Source of the DNA: Macrostomum hystrix | Taxonomy: Eukaryota; Animalia; Platyhelminthes | Reading direction: 5' to 3' | Length of the DNA: 64,000 bases | Assembly (NCBI GenBank): GCA_950097015.1 | Contig: CATNEN010000024.1 | Span: 2,046,001 to 2,110,000, forward strand | Part shown: positions 48,796 to 59,155 of the stretch, in pieces | How positions within the stretch are numbered: the first letter of the stretch is position 1 | Layout of the letters: each line of letters starts with the position of its first letter | Program-made: the position numbers and the translations under genes | The notes under the pieces: generated by a model | Seen by the model: the letters and a program-made list of their open reading frames with translations, nothing else | Told to the model about the DNA's origin: nothing | The model's database searches: none

Positions 48796-51700
48796 ATGTC
48801 AAAGCTGTGGAATGAAAATTTATGGGTAAGTTCATCCATTAATAAGATTTTATGGAGCCATGAACAATCCGCCTTTGACTTTGTTCGACCACCAAAATTC
48901 TTACGTATTCTAACGAATTAGGTAATTCTTACCTAATTCTTAAATTTTGCTAAAATAGCATAAATTTCGATACCGTTTCGTGTTATGTATTTGCCAGAAT
49001 TATATTTTCTTACTAAAGTCTTAAACGTTGTAAAATCGCATTTTTGTGTGCAGTATAGAAAAAATTATGTCGTAGGTCCCTCTCTTATTTTTATATTCTG
49101 CTGTTTATCTCCAATTACTTAGGTTTATTCACCTTTTTTAATTTACTAGTGTACTCCCAGTTGGATTATAGTGAACTATGAATTTACTATTTGTATATAA
49201 ATGACTTCCAGGTATCTGATGTTATGACAATAATTCCAGCCTTCGTAATGAAAGACTCCTTTGTTAAATGTATTTCTGTAGGTAGCGATTTGCGTGTGTC
49301 CGAGCGGCAGGACACTTTAATAAACACTTTGTTGAGACTGTTGTTGCTGTAATTCCCGGGAACTTTCCAGAAATTTCTATTCTTTGTCGTAAGGCGTTAA
49401 GTCCATACTCTTACCAGAATTTTCCCGCGTAGGCCTAGTCTATTTTTAGTAACTTTCTAGAAAGTTCTTCCCCACGCCTTTGGGCCAATAAATAAAGGCC
49501 CCGACCTCTGCACTCATGCGTAATTCGTACGGCTATTTGATATAATATATCAAATATACACTCCTATTCGTCTGCCTGCCGAGTGCCGCCTATCGGCGTG
49601 TTTTCCTTATTATTCTAAAAAATCGGAATCTCCTCGTCAGTCAGTCATTTAAGATACAACAGGGATTTTCTGGCGTCGCAAGCAGGATCTTGATCAACTT
49701 CGAGGACGTCTCATTTGTAACGACAGTCACTACTGAACGAAGGATCAAGCGGCAACCATCATGGCCGATAGCGAAGAAGTAATCACACTTCTACGGCAGC
49801 AGATGGAGGAAGATCGTCGCCAGCGTGAAGCTGACCGGCAGATGATGCTAGGCCTCATCCGGTCTCTACAGCCAACAGGCAGCCAGTCCCAGGCTGCGGT
49901 TTTGCCGACACATCTTACGACGTCAACTCCAAGTTTTTCGCCATTCGACTCCACGTCCGAGCTTTGGCCCGACTACTTGGCCAGGTTCAACACTTTCACG
50001 GGTGCGAACTCCATACCCGATGTCAAGAAGGTCCAAGTGTTCCTGACGAACCAGTCTCCTATCCACCTACAAGCTTCTCTCGAACTTGGCAGGACAGCAG
50101 ACGCCGCCGAAAGAGATCAACAAGCTCACGATGGATGAGATTGAGAAGTTCATGGAAGAACAGTATGACGCCAAGCGCTTCATTGTGCGGGAGCGTTTCC
50201 GGTTCTGGAGCGACATGCGGCGGAAACCGGGCGAGACGATCCAGGAGCTGGCTGCGAGAATCCGTCAGGACGCGACCACCTGCGATTTTTCTTCCATAAA
50301 AGACCCACTGGACGAGGCGCTGCGCACGCGTTTCATCTGCTCAGTGAAGAATGAAGCAGTTCTCAAGGCTTTGTTCAAATTAAAGGTGGAAGAACTCACG
50401 TTCGCCCGGGCTGTCGAGATCGCCATCGAGACAGAGGAAGCCGCCCGAGTCGCCAAGGAGACGGTTTACGGAGACAAATCCAACCCAGTAAACAAGGTCA
50501 AGCAGAAGTTTCGGCGACCTGGAGCCACTTCGGCGAAATCTCCGACAGATTCTACTGCTTCCAAGTCGACTACTGACTCTGCGTCTGGTTCGTGCTACCG
50601 CTGCGGAGCAAAGAACCACCGGGCAAACGATTGCCGATTCAAAGACGCTACCTGCCGGCACTGCCAAAAGGTGGGTCACCTGGAATCTGTCTGCCGTTCC
50701 AAGGCCAAAGGAACCTCTGCGGCAAAGTTCAAGAAGCCAGTAAAACAGGTCGAGGAGCACGTACTCGTACATGCTGTAGCTCGTACCGAGGGCGACCTGC
50801 CTAAGCTGGAAGTGCCGATCCACATCCAAGGCAAGACTCTCGCCATCGAGGTCGACACTGCGACGAACGGCAACTTCATCACAGAATCATTCTGGAGGAA
50901 GCTGGGAACGCCTCCGCTCGAAGTAGCGAAGTCACGCTACGAGTCCGCCAGCCGACACGATTTACCGGTGCTAGGCACATTCGTCGGGAAAACGGCATTG
51001 CCTGGTTCGACTATTGAGCACGACATCCAGTATATCGTCACACAGGTGCCTGGCCTAAATCTCCTTGGCCGGACCGCCACGAAGTTGCTGGGAATCTCTG
51101 TCGACAAGCTGCTCGGCTCTGCAAACACCAGTCTAGAAGTCAACGTGGTCTTTGACCACTTGTCGCCGGACGAGTTTCTTCAAAAGGCCTGCCGAGACCT
51201 TTGCGATGAATTCCCGGACCTGTTGAAGGACGAACTGGGTTGCCTCAAGGACTTCAAGCTCGAGTTGCAGTTCAACCCGGATGCAAAACCGGTGTTCCGG
51301 AAGGCTAGGCCTGTCCCCTTCGCCATCCGAGAGGAGCTCGAGCGCGCCTACGATGAGGGCATCAGGCGAGGCATCTGGGAGCCTACTGACTTCAACGACT
51401 ACGGGACACCCTTGGTCCCCGTGCGAAAGCCCTCTACCGGTTCCGAGCAGCCAAAACTGCGAGTCTGCGGAGACTACTCATGTACCATCAATCCGCAGCT
51501 GCAAGACAACCGTCACCCGCTGCCCCTTCCTGAGGAATTACTGCAGAAGCTTGGAGGCAGCTACTGCTTCTCCAAGGTTGATCTGGGTGACGCCTACAAC
51601 CATATCGAGCTGGGACCGGTGAGCCAGAAACGTCTGGCACTGAGCACCCACCGTGGAGTGCTCCTTCAGAAGCGACTAGCTTTCGGCCCGAAGTCTGCGG

Positions 51701-54700
51701 TTGGTGAGTTCCAGTTCATCATGGAAATGGTAGCCGGTGATGTGCCTGGCGTCGTCTTCTACCTGGACGACTACCTGGTCGGCGGCGCAACCGCTGGTGA
51801 ACATCTCGAGAACCTACGCCGGCTTTTCCAACGCCTCTCCGACAGGGGACTTCGTTGCCGACGGGAGAAGTGCAAATTCGCTATGCCCAGCATCGAATAC
51901 CTTGGCTATGTAATATCGAAAGAAGGTATCGCCAAGGGGACCAAGGTAGATGCAGTCCGCGAAATGCCTCCGCCAAAGGACGTGCCCAGCCTCCGGTCAT
52001 TCCTCGGCTCGGTCCAGTTCTACGCAAAGTTTCTGCCGCCAAGCATGGCCACGATCTCTGAGCCGCTGTACCGACTCACCAGGAAGGACGCACCATGGAC
52101 ATGGGGAGACGCGGAGCAGCGGGCCTTCGAACAGATCAAGGAGGAGCTCTCGTCAGACAACGTACTTGTCCACTACAATCCTGAGCTACCTCTCGGGCTC
52201 TCCTGTGACGCATCCAACGTCGGGATCGGCGCCGTCCTGTTCCATCGCTACCCGGATGGTAGCGAGCGGCCGATCGCCAACGCTTCAAAGTCTCTGACGG
52301 ATGCTCAGCGCCGCTATCCTCAGATTCAGAAGGAAGCGCTTTCAATCATCTTCGGCTTAAAGAAGTTCTTCCAACACTTGTTCAACCGAAAGTTCATCCT
52401 GGTCACGGACCATAAGCCGTTGATTTCGCTATTTGGGCCCGAAAAGGAGACACCTGTGATGGCAGCAAACTGACTGGCTCGTTGGGCGAACCTGCTCCAC
52501 AATTTCACCTACGAAATCGAGTACCGCCAGACGAAGAGTCACGGAAATGCGGACGCCCTGAGTCGCCTGCCAGTCGGAGACGACCCAGACTTCGACGGGG
52601 AGGAGAGCACAGCCGACTTCGACATGGTCTGTGCGATCAAGGTCCTGAGCCTGCAGATCCGGCCGGCTGACGCCTCAGCCGTAGCCAAGGAATCATCGAG
52701 GGACCCAGTCATCTCCACCGCCATGCGCTACTGTCGAGAAGGTTGGCCGCCAATCGGACGAGACGAGGACGCTGAGCTGGCCCGCCTGCGGAAAGTCAAA
52801 GATTCGCTGTCCTGCTGCAACGGATGTCTTCTGCAGGGCTGTCGTCTTGTGATTCCTCAAAACCTTCGGAAGGAGGTGCTGAAAATCCTCCACCTCGGAC
52901 ACTTTGGAATGCAGAGGATGAAGCAGCTGGCTCGATCGGCAGTCTACTGGCCGAACATCGACGACGACGTCGAGCACCTGTGCCGCGGCTGCCATAGCTG
53001 CGCTGAGCACCAAAATCATCCGCCAAAGGCCGCCGTTCATCCGTGGATGATGCCTGAGAAGCCTTGGAGTCGTCTACATCTGGACCACGCAGTCAACTTC
53101 CTCGGCACCAACTGGCTTGTGCTCACGGACGCCTACTCAAGGTATCCGTGCATTCACCCGACACAATCCATGTCAACACGGGCTACGATCGAGCTTCTAG
53201 AAGAGGACTTCGCCCACTTCGGCTACCCTCACGCCATAGTCACAGACAACGCAGCGACATTCATGGCCGAAGAGTTTCAAGCATGGTGTCGCGAACACGG
53301 CTTTGCGCACCTCACAGGAGCTCCGTACCATCCAGCAACAAACGGAACGGCCGAACGACTGGTTCAGACTTTCAAGAAAGCCCTAAAGAAATCTAGCCTG
53401 TCACCGGCCAGCGCTACAGCAATTCCTGATGCAGTACCGACGGACTCCTGCTGTCAACGGCTACTCCCCGAGCGAACTCCTGAATGGTCGGCAGATCAGG
53501 ACGCAAATCGATACCCTAATGCCATCGCCAGCCCATCTCGCCCAGGAACGCCAAGTCAAGCAAGCCGAAGCGTCCAGAGCTCGACAAGAGGTGTCTCACA
53601 TCCGAAAAAAGCTACAACGTCGGAGACCCAGTCTACGCGCGCTACTATGGACCACGCCGCGAGAGGGAAGGCCGCTGGGTTCCGGCGGTGGTCACCAAGC
53701 GGCATGGCGGCCGCAGCTTCAATGTTAAGGTGGTCCCGAGCGGCCCGGTCTGGTGACGGCACATCGAACAGCTTCAGCCGCGACACGCATCAGCAGAAGA
53801 CAGCGATCCAGGATCGCTGCCCACTGAGCCTAATGAAGCGACTGGCCCCTCGACGCTACCGCCCTCCTCGGCGGTGACGCATCTGGGATCTCGACCTAGG
53901 CCTCCGGGTAGATGGGAACCGGAGCAAGTCCAGCATCTGCCGCCTTATGGACCGGCAAACCCTCGACGGTCAATGAGACTGCGCAAGCCTATTGTAAGAA
54001 TGGACATATGAACGTTTTCTGTCAGCTGTACTCACAGCTTGGTGGGGAGGTGTTGAGACTGTTGTTGCTGTAATTCCCGGGAACTTTCCAGAATTTTCTA
54101 TTCTTTGTCGTAAGGCGTTAAGTCCATACTCTTTCCAGAATTTTCCCGCGTAGTCTATTTTTAGTAACTTTCTAGAAAGTTCTTCCCCACGCCTTTGGGC
54201 CAATAAATAAAGGCCCCCGACCTCTGCACTCATGCGTAATTCGTACGGCTATTTGATATAATATATCAAATATATACTCCTATTCGTCTGCCTGCCGAGT
54301 GCCGCCTCCTATCGGCGTGTTTTCCTTATTATTCTAACAAATCGGAATCTCCGTTGCGTCAGTCATTTAAGATACAACACACTTGTCACAACGCACTGGT
54401 TTATTTATAATTTTTTTTACAATACGTACTGATTTGAGTTTCCAGTCCTAGTCGGGTTACCATGAATGGGCTAGAGTTGCCCAGTCAATCACACAATCTG
54501 AATGACTCCCTTGCTTTTTAATTCTAATACAGCTTGGCTTTGTCTCAATAGGGAATGTATGAAATAAGTAAGACACTGTTTAATTCGCGAGTGAGCGCGG
54601 AACTCCGGTTATTTTGCTCCTCAAATTCTCCCTGTATTTAAATAATAAAGTTGGGGTGGCGTATCCCACTAAAACACGGAACTGTTTAAACAAAATGTAT

Positions 54701-57700
54701 ACGGTAAGATATTATTTCGCGCCAATTCAACTTTTAAAATATTTGATAATTATACGCTGCCTCAATTAAACAATGAATGAATGGTGTGCCTACATTAGTT
54801 GGCCGTATAAGTATCTTAACTATGTTATAGTTGTACCAATCGAAAATCATGGATTTTACAAATATCTTTTGTCAGGCAGGCAACCAGTTTTACTACAAAG
54901 TAATTGCTGCTTTCGCACAAAAGAGCTGTGATTTTGAGCGATTTTGCTATAACTTGATACGAGCACAAGGTACAAAAACATGCCCCATTATAATCTGGCT
55001 TAATTTCAGGATACAGTCAATCCTAATGTGTACAACTTTAACAAATTCAACTTTGATTTCTTGAAAAGCTTCACTGACTTCATAAAGCGTCGCTGTAAGA
55101 TAGAAGAGACTTATTGTAAGGACTTAAAGTAAGTTGATAAGCAATCGTTTGTCCGTTTGATAAGATGTACAGTTTACAAACTCTATCGCTACTGGTCACC
55201 GTTTCCGCTAGCAAACAAACTGAAAAATGCGACTTCATTCCAGAAAGCTCTGCCAGGAATTCCGTCCTAAAGACTATAATTCGAAGGACTACGTGCGGTA
55301 AGATTGCTGTGCTAATACTTAGTTGGAGTGTATTGCGAGTTTGTATTTATTCGACTTTTATAAATCTGATATTGTCTGCTCCCGAAACGTCAGATTCTCA
55401 GTTCAGTCTGCTTTTGACGCAGCCCTGACGGAGCTGAATGCGATGCTAGAGCAGCGGGACAAGCTGCTAACTCAGAAACTGCGCGAGATTCGAAAACAGC
55501 TACAAGAGGATCTGAGCAACCTGCGCTGCGAGAATGCGAAAGTGGAGCGCAAAATCACTGAGCAGACTCGCGCCCTGGAGGCCAGCCGAAAGCGGATGAT
55601 CTCAGCTCGCGGCACGTACCATCGGGTGCACGCAGAACTGGCAAAGGCGACAACGCCCGAGAACTTGGAGCAACGCAGGCAGCTGTGCTCAACAAGGCGC
55701 ACGGCCTACACTGGTGATGCTTCCGACTTGAGATCTTATGATAAACAAGTGCAAGGACTGCTTTATAGTAGTACTCAGTAGAATGCTGATATCTTGTTGC
55801 TCTTGCACGGTAGTTGGTTGCCACAGAGTCAAGTTAGTATGCGGCGGAAATATCATGGATCCGATAAATCCCAACTGCATCCAATCAATCCCAACTGCAT
55901 CCAATCAATCCCAACTGCATCCAATCAGTCCCAACTGCATCCAATCAATCCCAAATGCATCCAATCAATCCGAACTGCATTCAATCAATCCCAACTGCAT
56001 CCAATCAATCCCAACTGCATCCAATCAAACCCAACTGCATCCAATCAATCCCCACTGCATCAAATCAATCCCAACTGCATCCAATCAATCCCAACTGCAT
56101 CCAATCAATCCCAACTGCATCCAATCAATCCCCACTGCATCAAATCAATCCCAACTGCATCCAATCAATCCCAACTGCATCCAATCAATCCCAACTGCAT
56201 CTAATCAATCCCAAATGCATCTAATCAATCCGAACTGCATCCAATCAATCCCAACTGCATCCAATCAATCCCAACTGCATCCAATCAATCCCAACTGCAT
56301 CCAATCAATCCGAACTGCATCTAATCAATCCCAAATGCATCTAATCAATCCGGACTGCATTCAATCAATCCCAACTGCATCAAATCAATCCCAACTCCAT
56401 CCAATCAGTCCCAACTACATCTATTCAGTCCCAACTACATCCAATCAATTTGCTGGATTCTTCCTAATGAGCCAGTGAACCTGGCACGCTCCCAATACTT
56501 ACATCCGTGTAGCTTAGTCTATAAAACTTTCTTTTTGCAGAGGCACTCAATGAGTTCAACTGCCTGCAGCGGTCGCACTTTCGCTCCGACCTGCCGGAGC
56601 AGATCAACCGCCTGGAGATCGTGCAGCGCAACTTCTGCACCGTGTGCCGGATAGGCATGGAACGATGCGTCCGTGCAGAGCACGACGACCTGACCGCCCA
56701 GCTAGGCTCCGTGAACAGCATGACGGCTGCTGTTGGCCGCATTGACCCGCAGGCCGACGCCGAAGCCTTCCTGCGCGTCACCGCCTCTGGCAAAGCGCTG
56801 CCCGAAGCTGTGCCTATCGATGAGCCGACTCCCTTGGGCCCTAACAGTCCCAATGTCCCTGTGAGAGAAATTTCACGTAGTATCTGGGCTCTTTCTCCTT
56901 CTTTCGCCTGCCACTCGAGTTCTATTGAAAGCTTTATTGAATTTCAAGTTCGTAAAATAAAACTCTATTTCAGGCAGCCATTGCGCCTCCGGGGCCAGAG
57001 GAAAAGCAGAAAAAAGAGAGAGAGATGTGAGTCATGTCGTAGCGATGCCAATCCCCAGCCAAGCCAGCCAATCAGCACACCCCTGACAAGACACCAAATC
57101 AACACACCCCAGCTAAGCCAGCCAATCAACGAACTCCAAACAAGCCAGGCAATCAACACACCCCAGCCAAGCCACCCAATCAACACACCCCAGCCAAGCC
57201 ACCCAATCAACACACCCCAGCCAAGCCACCCAATCAACACACCCCAGTCAAGCCACCCAATCAACACACCCCAGCCAAGTCAGCCAATCAAGACACCCCA
57301 GCCAAGCCAGCCAATTAAGACACCCCAGCCAAGCCAGCCAATCAAGACACCCCAGCCAAGCCAATCTCGCCTTCAATTCCGAACAAATCGCGCAGAGGCG
57401 GCCTGAAGAAGCTGCTGGAGGCCTACAAAGCCAACCCGGCTCTTGGAGATGTTGCGCAAGTTGAATTGGAACTGCAGGAGGCTTTGCGCATGTCCGGCCA
57501 GCTCGAGATATCGTTACCCGGAGTGCAACAGCGGCGAGACTTTGTTGACGAGTTCCCTACCGACGACTATGCCTGTCTTGTCTACAACACAGTTGACGGC
57601 AAAGACGAGGCGGCGTCAGCGATTTCGCCAGCGGCCGCGTCAAAAGCAGCACCGGAGGCATCAGCTGCTTCAGCGGAAGCATCAACAATAGAGGCGTCGG

Positions 57701-58413
57701 CCAAGCCTTCTGGTGAGTCATTGAACCTTCAACAGATAAGTTGCAGTTGGGATTGATATGGTGCAGTTGGGATTGATATGGTGCAGTCGGTATTGATCTA
57801 GAGCAGTTGGTATTGATCTAGAGCAGTTGGTATTGATCTAGAGCAGTTGGTATTGATCTAGAGCAGTTGGGATTGGTCTAGAGCAGTCGGGATTGGTCTA
57901 GAGCAGTTGGTATTGATCTAGAGCAGTCGGAATCGATCTAGAGAAGTTGGGATTGACATGGTGCAGTTGGGATTGATCTAGAGCAGTTGGGATTGATCTA
58001 GAGCAGTTGGGATTGATCTAGAGCAGTTGGGATTGATCTAGAGCAGTTGTGATTGATCTAGAGCAGTTGGGATTGATCTAGAGCAGTTGGGATTGATCTA
58101 GAGCAGTTGGGATTGATCTAGAGCAGTTGGGATTGATCTAGAGCAGCTGGGATTGATCCAGTGCTTCCCCGTCACCTGGTCCACAGAGCCTCAGGCCTCC
58201 ACTTCAGCTGCTGTGGCAGACACCGGCTTCTTTGTCGCGGTGGTGCTTTACGACTTCCAGAACACGGGGCAGCCAGGCACCCTACCAGTGTCAGCTGGTG
58301 ACAGAGTCCGGGTTCTCCACACGGACACTGAGTGGACTCAGGTAACTCGCCTGGACAGCTCAGAGCGCGGCTACGTGCCCACGGCCTACATTTCTGAAGC
58401 TACAGCTGAGTAG
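48796..58413 (+). CDS. Cip4: CIP4/FBP17/TOCA-family F-BAR-HR1-SH3 protein, about 479 aa, 8 exons
   Basis: Exons 48796-48825 (MSKLWNENLW|, cf. FBP17 MSWGTELW|D), 55010-55128 (FTDFIKRRCKIEETYCKDL), 55244-55297, 55394-55713, 56541-56860, 56974-57026, 57396-57712 (HR1-like GLKKLLEAYKANPALGD), 58187-58413 (SH3 VLYDF...WTQV...GYVPTAYI). Phases consistent, 1440 nt. Confidence 0.85.
49330..49661 (+). repeat. 5' LTR (332 bp)
   Basis: TGTTGAGAC...GATACAACA, direct repeat of 54051-54379. Confidence 0.97.
49761..53880 (+). pseudogene. gag-pol of the gypsy element (frameshift near 50060, TGA at 52471-52473, further frameshifts after about 53405)
   Basis: Two CCHC knuckles (CYRCGAKNHRANDC, CRHCQKVGHLESVC), protease VDTAT, RT YLDD, RNaseH CDAS...QKEALSII, integrase HLGH...CRGCHSC and D(LHLDH)-D(TDNA)-E(AERLVQ). 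Confidence 0.93.
54051..54379 (+). repeat. 3' LTR (329 bp)
   Basis: Follows the polypurine tract and is followed by the TSD CACTT. Confidence 0.97.
55862..56450. repeat. 20-bp minisatellite (ATCAATCCCAACTGCATCCA)n
   Basis: About 29 copies in F-BAR gene intron 4. Confidence 0.97.
57055..57365. repeat. 27-bp minisatellite (GCCAAGCCASCCAATCAACACACCCCA)n
   Basis: About 11 copies in F-BAR gene intron 6. Confidence 0.93.
57745..58158. repeat. 20-bp minisatellite (GAGCAGTTGGGATTGATCTA)n
   Basis: About 20 copies in F-BAR gene intron 7; reverse-complement relative of 55862-56450. Confidence 0.97.
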
Positions 58414-59155
58414 GAATTGCGCGCTGGTAGACCAGCAGGGCTGTCCTAATGGAGTTAGGACATAAAGGAGTTAGTTTCTGAAAGTCTCCTATAGGGTAGC
58501 TCAGAAATTTTCTCAGAATGTTTCCATTTATATAATTTTCACGAATATTCATACACTAAGTTGCATTGCTGCATAAATTGCATACTGTTTTGCCAATAAT
58601 TTTTTCTTCTATTCAAGACATTAAATGGAACGAGAACAAACCTTTATCCATGACTTTATCAAATTTTAATCTTTATTTGTATTTTAGAGTATTTCAGAAT
58701 TAAACGGCCCATTCTGAACACACCCATACCAGAGTTTGCAACTAGCATTATTATTTCACACTCTTTCGAAGAGTTATTTCACACGTTTTTGTATCAGTTA
58801 AACTCATATTTAATATGCACCATAGTCATAAGAACTGACTTCAAGCACCAATGAACCTCATGCTTTTCCATCGATTTTTTTGCCTTCTGCTGTTTAACGC
58901 ACGATTCGTTATTAATTAAATAGAAACCTTTTTTGTTATTCAGTTTTTTTATTAGTTTTTGATCGGAATATTCGAGCATCGAATCCAACAAGACAGGCTT
59001 ATTTTTGTATCGTGAAATTAAATCTTAATCTGCAGGGGATTAAGGTCGCTAAAGCATCACTTGGCGAAGAAAAGCAGCGAAAAAACTCAGTTTGAACGTA
59101 AATGTTGTGTACGCTAACAACGCGCAATAGCGAGTACTCGCAAAGAACATAAACG

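Larger units (their letters stand above)
49330..54379 (+). mobile_element. Ty3/gypsy LTR retrotransposon, full length with inactivating lesions
   Basis: TG...CA LTRs 49330-49661 and 54051-54379; 5-bp TSD CACTT on both sides; PBS TGGCGTCGCAAGCAGGAT 49671-49688; PPT GGTGGGGAGG just before the 3' LTR; domain order gag-PR-RT-RNaseH-IN. Confidence 0.97.

Noticed and set aside
54831-54970. Candidate F-BAR exons upstream of 55010
   Set aside because: Exon 48796-48825 joined to 55010 already gives a family-like, in-phase N-terminus
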